A stretch of 51,514 bases of DNA from Nitrospirota bacterium (GCA_037385265.1 JARRNG010000020.1:1-51514); one strand, 5' to 3'; shown: positions 1 through 8,283, counted from the first letter of the stretch. Made by a program: numbers and translations. Notes: generated by a model not told the origin, from the letters alone.

Positions 1-77
1 CTCTCTTCACATTTTTAGTTTATCACAAGGGGCCGGTAGAGTAAAGCTAAAACAAGCAATAAGTGTGCCAGAAAAAA

Positions 78-896
78 CTATTTGCTCTCAAGGGTTTTGC
101 GCATTATTTTGTAGGGCGGGGGCTCGCCGGTCCAGAGTTCGAAGGCCAGGGCGCCCTGCCATATCAGCATGCCCAGGCCGTTGAAGACCCTGCAGCCTTT
201 CGACGCCGCTTCCCTCAGAAGCGGGGTCTCCCTGTAGATGAGGTCGCCTACAACTTTCTCCGGCCCCACGGCCGAGAGGTCGAAGGGGAGGGGGTCGCCC
301 TCCTTGAGACCGATCGGGGTGGCGTTGATGACAATGTCCGCCGCCGGCAGGGCCTTCTCCAGAGACTCCACACAGGCCACGTTGCCCCGCTTGCAGAGCA
401 CCGCGCTGAGCGCCTCGGCCTTTTCGCGGACGACGTCGAAGAGCGTGACCAGGGAGGCTTTTTCGCTCAGGTAGTATCCTACGGCGCGGGCGGCGCCTCC
501 CGCCCCGCAGATGAGGACCCTCGCCCCCTCGGCGCTTATTCCCTCTTCCTCGAGGCTCCGCATGAAGCCCCTTCCGTCGGTGTTGTATCCCTTGAGGCGG
601 CCGTTTTCGTTTACCACGGTATTTACGGCCCCGATGAAGGAGGCCTCGGAGCTTACCTCGTCGAGGTATTGAATTACGTTTTCCTTGTGAGGCACGGTGA
701 CGTTAACGCCCGCAAGCCCGAGGGCCCTGACCCCCGCCACGGCCTCTCCAAGATTATCGGGCATCACGTCGAAGGCCACGTACCGGTAGTTTAGGCCGAG
801 ATCCTCGAAGGCGGCGTTGTGCATCAGGGGCGAAAAGCTGTGCCCCACCGGGTGCCCCAGAAGGGCGACCAATTTAGTCTTTGCGTCAATTTTCAT
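78..896 (-). CDS. aroE: shikimate dehydrogenase
   Basis: 272-aa ORF. N-terminus is LLGHPVGHSFSPLMHNAAF (shikimate-binding motif). Contains a GAGGAARAV NADP Rossmann loop. Overlaps the upstream gene end by 11 nt. Confidence 0.9.
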   Translation of the reverse strand: MKIDAKTKLVALLGHPVGHSFSPLMHNAAFEDLGLNYRYVAFDVMPDNLGEAVAGVRALGLAGVNVTVPHKENVIQYLDEVSSEASFIGAVNTVVNENGRLKGYNTDGRGFMRSLEEEGISAEGARVLICGAGGAARAVGYYLSEKASLVTLFDVVREKAEALSAVLCKRGNVACVESLEKALPAADIVINATPIGLKEGDPLPFDLSAVGPEKVVGDLIYRETPLLREAASKGCRVFNGLGMLIWQGALAFELWTGEPPPYKIMRKTLESK

Positions 897-2178
897 CTTT
901 CAAGCCTTTCAGGAGACCATCCGGGGTCGATTCCACGACGACCGTACGCACCCCCAGGGCGGCTCCGAGGTCCTTCACCGTGACGTCGTCGAGGAACACG
1001 CTGCCGTCCTTGAGCGCCACGTCCGGGACGAGGAGCACGTTGTGCCCCTCGGCAATGCCCGAGAGAGATTTTATCACATCCCTGCCCGTGAGGAGTCCCG
1101 TCACGGTCACCGTCGGGCCGAAAAAGGTGTTTTCCACGGGGACCAGTGTTATGTCGACGCCTCTCCTTTTAAGCCTGTCGGTCAGTCTCTTGAGAAAAGG
1201 ATGAAAGGAAACCCCGGTGAACGTCAGGAACTTCCTTCCCGTCGGCTTGAGGTCCAGTTTCAGGCGGCGGGACCTGCTGACGAAGAGGGGGACCATGCCC
1301 ACCCCGTTTTCTACCTGGGGAAGCTCGCCGAAGTCCCTGAGGGGAGGGAAGGGGCGCCCGGCCCTTATGTAGAGCTCGTCGGAGGCATACACCACGGGGT
1401 CGCCGTGCTTCTTCTTGAACCTTCTCTGGAAGGACTCTATCGCGTCGAGGGCCTTCTCCGCGTCTTTCTGCGTCAGCGGGACGGGCTTGATCTTTCCGTG
1501 CCCCGTAAGCCCCACCGGCACCACGGCGATGGAGCTCACGTAGGGGTAAAGCGAGTAGAGGTCCCGAATGGTCTTTTTGAGCACGTCCCGGTCGTTCACC
1601 CCGGGGCAGAGGACTATCTGGGTGTGCATCCGGATCCTGTTGTCCCGGAAGAACATCAGGTCCTTCATGATGTCCGGGGCCTTGGGGTTTCCGAGCATCA
1701 TGTTCCGGACGGCCCTGTCGGTGGCGTGAACGGAGATATAAATGGGGCTCAGGCGCTGTTCGACGATGCGTTTCTTCTCCCTCGCCGTAAGGCCCGAGAG
1801 GGTGACGTAATTTCCATACAGGAAAGACATCCGGTAGTCCTCGTCGCGGAGGTAGAGGGTCTTTCTGAGCCCCTTCGGAAGTTGCGAGACGAAGCAGAAT
1901 ATGCACTTGTTCCTGCAGGTCTTGACCTTGAAATGCGCCAGCTCGAGCCCCAGCCCGGCCCCGGCGTCCTCCATGTCGAGCCCCACCGAGAACTTCCTGC
2001 CTCCCCTCGACAGGCTCAACCGGAGCTCCGGCTCGTTCCTGTAGAACATGTAGTCGATGAAATCGTTTATCTCGTGGCCGTTTATTGAGAGAAGCACGTC
2101 GCCCTCCGCTATGCCCGCGCGGCCTGCTGGGCTGTTTGGAGCAACCTTCTCTATGGCCGTTCCCTTGCTACTTGCCAC
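886..2178 (-). CDS. DUF512-family radical-SAM-like protein with N-terminal PDZ domain
   Basis: 430-aa ORF. PDZ-like segment AGIAEGDVLLSINGHEI, followed by the Cys cluster CRNKCIFCF. Length is typical of DUF512. Confidence 0.7.
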   Translation of the reverse strand: MASSKGTAIEKVAPNSPAGRAGIAEGDVLLSINGHEINDFIDYMFYRNEPELRLSLSRGGRKFSVGLDMEDAGAGLGLELAHFKVKTCRNKCIFCFVSQLPKGLRKTLYLRDEDYRMSFLYGNYVTLSGLTAREKKRIVEQRLSPIYISVHATDRAVRNMMLGNPKAPDIMKDLMFFRDNRIRMHTQIVLCPGVNDRDVLKKTIRDLYSLYPYVSSIAVVPVGLTGHGKIKPVPLTQKDAEKALDAIESFQRRFKKKHGDPVVYASDELYIRAGRPFPPLRDFGELPQVENGVGMVPLFVSRSRRLKLDLKPTGRKFLTFTGVSFHPFLKRLTDRLKRRGVDITLVPVENTFFGPTVTVTGLLTGRDVIKSLSGIAEGHNVLLVPDVALKDGSVFLDDVTVKDLGAALGVRTVVVESTPDGLLKGLKDEN

Positions 2179-2710
2179 TGGCTATCCTCAGCTCCCTGTA
2201 GACATAGTGAAGTCCCGAGAACATCACGAGCGCCGTGGTCAGCATTATAAGCGGTCTGTACAGGCCGGGCAGAATGCCGAAGTTCTTGTAAAGCAGGATG
2301 TAGCATATGAGAACGAATTGCGTGAATATGGCGGCCTTGCCGAAGACCGAAGGGTTCACGACCATCCTCCGGGTGGAAAAATACACTGCCATCCATCCCG
2401 CGACCACCATGAGGTCCCTGCTTATCACGATTATCGTGAGCCACGTGGGCAACCAGCCGAAATAGGCATAGAAGACGAAAGAGGTTATCAGCATGAACTT
2501 GTCGGCCAGGGGGTCGAGGATGGCCCCCAGGGCGGTCTTCTGGTGCTTGAGCCGGGCGATCAGCCCGTCGAGCCCGTCCGAGAGCGCGGCGGCGACAAAC
2601 AGATAGAGGGCAACGTCTGTCCTCCCGTACTGAAGCGCGATGACGAAGGCCGGTATTAGGACAATCCGGAGCACGGTAAGGGAGTTGGGAATGTTAAGGA
2701 CCATCTTCAT
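2168..2710 (-). CDS. pgsA: CDP-diacylglycerol--glycerol-3-phosphate 3-phosphatidyltransferase
   Basis: CDP-alcohol phosphatidyltransferase motif DGLDGLIARLKHQKTALGAILDPLADK, with multiple TM segments. The track ORF runs to 2866. I chose the internal ATG at 2710 (MKMVLNIPNSLTVLR) because the upstream TPR gene ends at 2757. Confidence 0.85.
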   Translation of the reverse strand: MKMVLNIPNSLTVLRIVLIPAFVIALQYGRTDVALYLFVAAALSDGLDGLIARLKHQKTALGAILDPLADKFMLITSFVFYAYFGWLPTWLTIIVISRDLMVVAGWMAVYFSTRRMVVNPSVFGKAAIFTQFVLICYILLYKNFGILPGLYRPLIMLTTALVMFSGLHYVYRELRIASGK

Positions 2711-2756
2711 TATGCTGATACCTCGCTGGCCGGGTGAGGGCTCGCTCAACCTCGGC

Positions 2757-3821
2757 TCAGGGTATCTCCATGGGGATCGACTTGACCCCCGGGAGCCTGA
2801 GCCCAAGTGTATTATAACAGCCGGGGCGTGGCCTCTCCTCGACGACGGCAAGGAGGGCGCGGGCATGACAGTGCTCGACTTTAAAACCCCTCTCCCTGGC
2901 CTGTTCCGCGGCCGAGCGAGCCAGTCTTGCCGCTTCAGCCTTCCTGCTTCCTAGGTATTTCAGTTCCGCAAACCCGAGGTTACAGTATATGATGCCCCGG
3001 GGGTCCCTGGTCTTCCTGAAGTGGAGCAGGGCGTCCCTAAGGTATCTCTCCGCAAGGCGGTTCCTGCCCTGGGCCATGTGGGTCTTCCCCATGCTCCAGA
3101 GGGTGTACGAGTAGCTTACGATGTCGCCCATGCCCCTGTAGAGAGCGATGGCGCGCCGGAAATGCGCCTTGGCCCCTTCGAGGTCTCCCTGCATCCTCAG
3201 GGCGTTTCCTATGCCGCAGTGGGAATAGGCGGTTCCGAAAGTGTCCCTCAGGCGCTTGAAGAGCCCGTTGGCCTTCTCGTAGTAGTTCAGGGAATCCTTG
3301 AAGCGCCCCCTCACGCGGCTCGAGCCGCCCATGCCGCAGAGGCAGTACCCCACCCCGTGGTCGTCGCCGAGCCTTTCGAAGGCCTTCCCGGCAGTTCTGA
3401 AGGTCTTGAAGGCCTCTTTGATGTCGCCCTTTATGCGGAGTGTGCCGGCCAGGGCCCACTGGGTAAAAGCCGTCCCCTCGCGGTCGCCCCCGCGGGAGTA
3501 AGAGGCGCGGGCCTTCTTGAGAAGCGGCATGGCCTTTCTCCAGTCACCCAGGGCCCTTCGCGCGAGGGCGAGCCCCACCGTGGCATCCAGGGCCGCCACG
3601 GCGTCGCCGGACTGCCGGGCCGACTTCATGGCGCGCTCGTAGTATTTCGAGGCCTCGACGAAGTCGCCCACCATGCGGGAGGTGTCGGCCACGGCGAGGA
3701 GGCAGCGCAGCCTGCCCTCTCCGCGGCTCCCCCTCAGGCACTGCCTGTAGAGGGCTATGGCGTCGCGGTACTTCGAGCGTTTCCTGAAGGCTTCGGCCCG
3801 CGCGAAGGCGTCCTCATTCAT
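2757..3821 (-). CDS. tetratricopeptide (TPR) repeat protein
   Basis: 354-aa ORF with reiterated ~34-aa A/Y/G-patterned repeats (e.g. ALYRQCL, YYERAMK, YYEKANGLF, HFRRAIALY). Confidence 0.7.
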   Translation of the reverse strand: MNEDAFARAEAFRKRSKYRDAIALYRQCLRGSRGEGRLRCLLAVADTSRMVGDFVEASKYYERAMKSARQSGDAVAALDATVGLALARRALGDWRKAMPLLKKARASYSRGGDREGTAFTQWALAGTLRIKGDIKEAFKTFRTAGKAFERLGDDHGVGYCLCGMGGSSRVRGRFKDSLNYYEKANGLFKRLRDTFGTAYSHCGIGNALRMQGDLEGAKAHFRRAIALYRGMGDIVSYSYTLWSMGKTHMAQGRNRLAERYLRDALLHFRKTRDPRGIIYCNLGFAELKYLGSRKAEAARLARSAAEQARERGFKVEHCHARALLAVVEERPRPGCYNTLGLRLPGVKSIPMEIP

Positions 3822-4476
3822 CGAGATTCTTTCTAACCTCCCGTACCAGGGCCTTGTAGTCTCCGGAGCCGTAGAACGCCGAGCCCATCACCAGTATCTC
3901 CGCCCCCGCCTCGACGGCCTGGCGGGCGTTGCCGGGCTTGATTCCGCCATCGACCTCTATCTCGGGCGGACTTTCGAGCCCCTTCGCCTTTATCATGTCC
4001 CTGAGCTGCCTGAGCTTATCCAGCGCATGGGGGATGAAGGACTGTCCGCCGAAGCCGGGGTTCACCGACATGATGAGCACCAGGTCGACGTCTTGGATGA
4101 TGTCCTCCAGCGTGGAGACGGGCGTCGAGGGATTTATCGATACCCCCGCTTTCACGCCGAGCTCCTTCATCTGCTGGACCGTCCTGTGGAGGTGAACCGA
4201 CGCCTCCTGGTGAACGGTCAGGTAGCTGGCGCCGGCCTTCGCGAAATCCTCTATGTACCTATCGGGTTCCACTATCATGAGGTGCACGTCCAGCGGCAGC
4301 CCCGTGCACTTCTTCACGGCCGACACCACCGGCGGCCCTATGGTGATGTTGGGGACGAAACATCCGTCCATGACGTCAACGTGGATGATGACGGCCCCGG
4401 CCTCCTCGGCGGCCCTGACCTCCTCGCCGAGCCTCTCGAAGTCCGCCGACAGGATGGATGGCGCAATCTTAATCAT
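3814..4476 (-). CDS. rpe: ribulose-phosphate 3-epimerase
   Basis: MIKIAPSILSADF, HVDVMDGCFVPN and MSVNPGFGGQSF motifs. 220 aa. Confidence 0.92.
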   Translation of the reverse strand: MIKIAPSILSADFERLGEEVRAAEEAGAVIIHVDVMDGCFVPNITIGPPVVSAVKKCTGLPLDVHLMIVEPDRYIEDFAKAGASYLTVHQEASVHLHRTVQQMKELGVKAGVSINPSTPVSTLEDIIQDVDLVLIMSVNPGFGGQSFIPHALDKLRQLRDMIKAKGLESPPEIEVDGGIKPGNARQAVEAGAEILVMGSAFYGSGDYKALVREVRKNLDE

Positions 4477-5182
4477 AGCTTTCGACCTCGCTGAATTTAA
4501 GGTATAAGATGTCTCCGGATGCTATTTGCCGGCCGGGGAGCGGCTTCTGCTCCTCAACTACCGACGCGGCCTCCGGCGCTTCGAGCTCCACGTTCAGGCC
4601 CAGCTCCCGTGCCAGCATGAGCGCATCGTCCTTGAGAAGCCCTATGAACGATGGGCAATAGTACACGACCGGATAGGGGCCGAGGCTCGCAAGGAGGGTA
4701 ATGCCCTGGCCTGTCCATTTTTCGGGAATGGGAGATTGGGCTATGACTGTCCCCTTCTCCACAGTGTTCGAGTGCACCTCCACGACCTTCACTTCCAGGC
4801 CCTCCCTGGTGAATAGCTTGAGGGCGTCGTCGAGCTTTTCTCCGACCGCGTCAGGAATCTTGGTGACCGCTGGCCCCTTGCTTACCAACACCTTTATCTC
4901 CGCCATGCCCTTTATGTCCGTGCCCGGCGGGACGTCCTGGCTGATGATGTGTCCCTTCGGTATGCCGGCGTCGTTTTCCTCTCCCAGGACCTTGAGATAG
5001 AGACCCCTGCCTTCCAGGGCCCTGTCCGCCTGCGTAAGGTCCATTCCCGTCCGATCGGGCTCTTCAACGGTCATGCGGGTTATCATGACCCTGTAGGTCA
5101 GGAAGGCCGAGCCTCCGAGCAGCGCGGCGAAAACCGCTACATAGACGGCGGGCCTGAGGAACCTCTTCATCCATTCCTTCAT
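4469..5182 (-). CDS. membrane-anchored PASTA-domain protein (no kinase domain)
   Basis: N-terminal TM helix (AVYVAVFAALLGGSAFL), then about three PASTA-like repeats (e.g. GHIISQDVPPGTDIKGMAEIKVLVSKGP; GTVIAQSPIPEKW). Confidence 0.7.
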   Translation of the reverse strand: MKEWMKRFLRPAVYVAVFAALLGGSAFLTYRVMITRMTVEEPDRTGMDLTQADRALEGRGLYLKVLGEENDAGIPKGHIISQDVPPGTDIKGMAEIKVLVSKGPAVTKIPDAVGEKLDDALKLFTREGLEVKVVEVHSNTVEKGTVIAQSPIPEKWTGQGITLLASLGPYPVVYYCPSFIGLLKDDALMLARELGLNVELEAPEAASVVEEQKPLPGRQIASGDILYLKFSEVESYD

Positions 5183-6495
5183 GCGTTCCTCTTGAGCCTT
5201 GCGCCGAAGAACCCGTCCATGTCGTGGCGGTGAGGGTAGGTCCTCATGAATTCCTCTCCAAAGGGGACATCATCTATATTAATGAAATCAGGGGAAGTCT
5301 TCAAGAACTGGCCTACCACGTGTTCTCCCTCTTCGGGCTCCGTGGAGCACGTGCAATAGACGAGGGTGCCCCCGGGCTTGAGGCACCCGGAGGCGGCGTC
5401 GAAGATGGCCAACTGCTTGGCCCCGAATTTCCGGAGGTCGCCCGCCCTGTGCCTGTACTTGACGTCGGGGTTGCGCCTTATCACGCCCAGCGAGGAGCAG
5501 GGGGCGTCGACCAGGACCCTGTCGAAGGGGCCGATATTGCCCAGGGCGGTCATATCTCCCTGAACGGTCTCGATGATGGATATGCCGAGGGCGGAGGCGT
5601 TGCTCCTCAGTGTGTCGAGCCTCTTTTCGCTTATGTCGACGGCTACTATCTTCCCCCGGTTCTTCATCAGCTGCGCCATGTGGGTGGTCTTGCCACCGGG
5701 GGCCGCGCAGGCGTCGAGGACTCTTTCGCCTGGTTTCGGCCCCAGGAGGTGCGAGACGAGCTGAGCGGCCTCGTCCTGAACGTAGGCCCTGTCGAGAAAT
5801 TCCCTGATATCTTCTATTGGGAGGGTCCCAGCGTGCCTGAGGCCCTCGGGGCTGAGCTCCGTGGGCTGGAGGCTCAACCCCGCATTTCTTAAATCTTCAA
5901 GAAGGTTCTCCCGAGTGGTCCTGAGCGTATTTGTCCTGATGGTGAGCGGGGGTATGCGGTTGTTGGCGTCGCAGAGGGCGAGCGCCCCGGGGGCGCCGAA
6001 GCGCTTAAGCCACCTTCTCACGAGCCACCTGGGGTGCGACGTCAGGGTTGCAATAGCCAAGACCCTTTCGGCGGCCGCGGCGGCCTCGCTTTCGGCCAGC
6101 GCTCTCATCGCTTCGAGCTCGCCGTTTATCGTTTGCTTCTTCCTTATGACGTTTCGGAGCACGGCGTTTACCAGCGAGGGGTGTCTGGCTTCGAGCTCGA
6201 CGGCCTCGTTGACTGCCGCCCAATCGGGCACGCGCATGTGTAATATCTGGTAGGCGCCGAGCCTCAGGTTGTTTCTCGTTCGGCCCCTGATGGCCGAGGG
6301 CCTCCTGAGGAACCGGTCCAGGGCCCAGTCCAGGCTGTCCCTGTGCCGGACCACCCCGTAGGCGGATTCCATGAGGAAGGACCTGTCGCGGTCATCGAGG
6401 CCCCGGGAGGCGGCTTCCACTGCCTCTCGCGGCGTGGCCCGACCGGAGAATACTTCGCTCAAAGCGCCGATAACGAGCCCGCGGATATTTAGCAT
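5179..6495 (-). CDS. rsmB: 16S rRNA (cytosine967-C5)-methyltransferase
   Basis: NusB-like N-terminal half. SAM methyltransferase motifs VLDACAAPGGKT, DRVLVDAPCSSLGV and YCTCS. Confidence 0.88.
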   Translation of the reverse strand: MLNIRGLVIGALSEVFSGRATPREAVEAASRGLDDRDRSFLMESAYGVVRHRDSLDWALDRFLRRPSAIRGRTRNNLRLGAYQILHMRVPDWAAVNEAVELEARHPSLVNAVLRNVIRKKQTINGELEAMRALAESEAAAAAERVLAIATLTSHPRWLVRRWLKRFGAPGALALCDANNRIPPLTIRTNTLRTTRENLLEDLRNAGLSLQPTELSPEGLRHAGTLPIEDIREFLDRAYVQDEAAQLVSHLLGPKPGERVLDACAAPGGKTTHMAQLMKNRGKIVAVDISEKRLDTLRSNASALGISIIETVQGDMTALGNIGPFDRVLVDAPCSSLGVIRRNPDVKYRHRAGDLRKFGAKQLAIFDAASGCLKPGGTLVYCTCSTEPEEGEHVVGQFLKTSPDFINIDDVPFGEEFMRTYPHRHDMDGFFGARLKRNA

Positions 6496-6532
6496 TTATA
6501 GATTATAGCCAATCGTAACAGGTGGCGCTGGC

Positions 6533-6561
6533 TTGCGTGGGTTCCGGCTATTTGTTAAAAT
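6533..6561 (+). promoter_or_regulatory. putative sigma-70 promoter upstream of the cytochrome c genes
   Basis: TTGCGT (6533-6538), 17-nt spacer, TAAAAT (6556-6561). AAGGAGG Shine-Dalgarno lies ~11 nt before the ATG at 6631. Confidence 0.3.
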
Positions 6562-6630
6562 CTTTCATTAGCAAAGGGGAGCAAGTAACGGGGAGAGGAC
6601 ATTTCGGAGGTTCAAGGAGGTATTGGCTGG

Positions 6631-7071
6631 ATGAGATTAATGAGGTTAGCGTTACTTGTCTCGATAACACTGGCTCTGATCGCAACGGCGGTCTTCGCCG
6701 TGGAGGGCTCCGCCGAAAGGGGCAAGGAGCTTTTCATGGACCCCGGTTTCGCCGGGGGCAATAAGGCGTGCAACAGCGCTAAGTGCCATCCCGGTGGCAA
6801 GGGCCTCGAGGAGGCGGGCACGAAGAAGAGCTTCACCATCTTCAACCAGAAGGTGGACAGCCTTGAGAAGGCCGTCAACCTGTGCATCGTCGGGGCAAAC
6901 AAGGGAAAAGCCATTCCCGAGGACTCTCAGGATATGAGTGACATCGTGGCCTATATCAAGTCCCTGGCGGTCGCCGAGACCCCGGGCTACGAGGCGCCAA
7001 GCTACGGGACCCCGGGCTACGGAGCGCCCGGCTACGGAGCGCCCGGTTACGGAACACCCGGAAAAAAGTAG
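6631..7071 (+). CDS. secreted mono-haem c-type cytochrome-like protein with CX4CH motif and Pro-Gly-Tyr repeat tail
   Basis: Signal peptide MRLMRLALLVSITLALIATAVFA. Class-I-like layout: GKELF helix, CNSAKCH, C-terminal DIVAYIKSL helix. Tail is PGYEAPSYGTPGYGAPGYGAPGYGTPG. Confidence 0.65.
   Translation: MRLMRLALLVSITLALIATAVFAVEGSAERGKELFMDPGFAGGNKACNSAKCHPGGKGLEEAGTKKSFTIFNQKVDSLEKAVNLCIVGANKGKAIPEDSQDMSDIVAYIKSLAVAETPGYEAPSYGTPGYGAPGYGAPGYGTPGKK
6982..7062 (+). repeat. 15-nt tandem coding repeat (PGYGA units) in the cytochrome C-terminus
   Basis: Roughly five imperfect copies of ccgggctacggagcg. Confidence 0.8.
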
Positions 7072-7125
7072 GCAAGGGAGGAGGGGGCCAGGCTCCCTCC
7101 ATTCCGGACCCCGGGAGGGACCCTG

Positions 7126-7905
7126 ATGCCCATATATCTCTTTAAGTCCATTCTCTCGATATTCATCGTCCTATCCGCGCTCCTCGCCGTCTTTTCGATG
7201 TTCGAGGTCCTCGGGCGCCCCGAGAGGAAGTTCTCGGCGGCGAAGATGACGCGCCTTCACAAAATAAACGGCTACATCTTCCTGCTGCTCTCTCTTTACA
7301 TCGCGTATTTTTGCCTGGGAATCCTCATGGGTACGAGGGGAGAGCTTTCCTCCCGGGTGGTCTTCCACTCGGTCTTCGCCCTCTCGGTGTTTCTCCTTCT
7401 GACCCTGAAGATTGCCATAAACAGAATATATAGGCAGTTCTACGGTCAGCTGAAGTCCCTGGGGCTCGTGCTGGCGCTTCTGGCCTTTGGGCTCGTGGGC
7501 ACCTCGGGGGGATATTACATGGTCGTCACCAAGCTCGGCACCGACCTGAGCATCGAGAGGGCCCTAAGAAGGTCGCCGGAGTCGGCCCGGGAGGCGCGTC
7601 TCAGGCTTCCCGAAGGGCCCCGGGCGCCTATTAAAATCAGCACGGACCCCAAAGACATAAAGCGTGGCAAGGAAATCTACGATTCAGAATGTACGCTGTG
7701 CCATGACCCCAATAGCAGGGAGACGATTATCGGACCGGGGCACAAGGGACTGCTCAAGAGGGACAAGCTTCCCGTCAGCGGCAGGCCCGCCACTCCGGAA
7801 AACGTGGTTCGACAGCTTCGCACGCCTTATAACAGGATGCCGTCGTTCGATTATCTCTCGGACGAGGAGATAAAGGACCTGCTGGCGTATCTGAATACAC
7901 TATGA
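7126..7905 (+). CDS. membrane-anchored c-type cytochrome (about 4 TM helices plus a C-terminal CXXCH domain)
   Basis: Hydrophobic N-terminal ~150 aa with conserved His residues (LHKINGY, FHSVF). C-terminal GKEIYDSECTLCHD ... MPSFDYLSDEEIKDLLAYLNTL is typical of a class I cytochrome c. Confidence 0.7.
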   Translation: MPIYLFKSILSIFIVLSALLAVFSMFEVLGRPERKFSAAKMTRLHKINGYIFLLLSLYIAYFCLGILMGTRGELSSRVVFHSVFALSVFLLLTLKIAINRIYRQFYGQLKSLGLVLALLAFGLVGTSGGYYMVVTKLGTDLSIERALRRSPESAREARLRLPEGPRAPIKISTDPKDIKRGKEIYDSECTLCHDPNSRETIIGPGHKGLLKRDKLPVSGRPATPENVVRQLRTPYNRMPSFDYLSDEEIKDLLAYLNTL

Positions 7906-7918
7906 GAGAGGTGACATC

Positions 7919-8131
7919 ATGAAGAAGAACGTAGGCAAGTATGACAGGGCCGTGAGGTACGTTATAGCGGCGGCCCTATACGTGGCCGGCCTGACAGCGC
8001 CGGTGGGTGAGGGCGTTAGAGCGCTTCTGTTCGTCCTCACGGGGGTGGCCGTCCTTACTGCGATTTTCGGTTTTTGACCGCTTTACAAGGTGCTCGGGAT
8101 AAGCACCCACAAAGAGTCAGAAAGCCGATAA
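7919..8131 (+). CDS. DUF2892 (YgaP-like transmembrane domain) small membrane protein. Needs read-through of the in-frame TGA at 8075-8077 (candidate selenocysteine); it is 52 aa if TGA is a stop.
   Basis: Not on the ORF track. AGGTGA Shine-Dalgarno lies 5 nt upstream of the ATG at 7919. My translation is MKKNVGKYDRAVRYVIAAALYVAGLTAPVGEGVRALLFVLTGVAVLTAIFGF-TGA-PLYKVLGISTHKESESR-TAA. As I recall it, the family hallmark is G-F/W-C-P-L-Y-x-L-L-G-I. Here TGA occupies the Cys position and the motif continues in frame. Confidence 0.55.
8081..8114 (+). promoter_or_regulatory. SECIS-like stem-loop downstream of the in-frame TGA
   Basis: Lower stem CTTT (8081-8084) pairs with AAAG (8111-8114). Internal loop follows. 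Upper stem GGTGCT (8089-8094) pairs with AGCACC (8102-8107). The 7-nt apical loop is CGGGATA. The upper stem starts 11 nt after the TGA. Confidence 0.4.
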
Positions 8132-8220
8132 GGCGCGCTTCTCACTGCCTATAGCCACATCCTGCGTGGCCGGAGCGGCGCGTTTCGCTGGCCTCCGGCT
8201 CGCGGACGCCACGACGCTCC

Positions 8221-8261
8221 TTGACATCACGGCGGGGACGAAGTATAATGTGCATATGCAC
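8221..8261 (+). promoter_or_regulatory. consensus sigma-70 promoter with an abutting 12-bp palindromic operator
   Basis: TTGACA (8221-8226), 17-nt spacer, TATAAT (8244-8249). The perfect palindrome GTGCATATGCAC (8250-8261) follows immediately. It lies 23 nt upstream of the DUF134 gene start. Confidence 0.55.
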
Positions 8262-8283
8262 ATAAGCACCGCGAGCGCCCTCC

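Noticed and set aside
63-2088. Long plus-strand ORFs (63-794, 817-2088) opposite aroE and the DUF512 gene
   Set aside because: They are Arg/Gly/Pro/His-rich translations with no recognisable motifs. They lie antisense to ORFs with clear family signatures, so they are typical shadow ORFs of GC-rich DNA.
7075-7098. Hairpin (AGGGAG / CTCCCT, 12-nt loop) between the two cytochrome genes
   Set aside because: It is short and has no U-tract. The downstream gene has its own Shine-Dalgarno 50 nt away. It could be an mRNA processing or stability element, but nothing distinguishes it from chance in GC-rich DNA.
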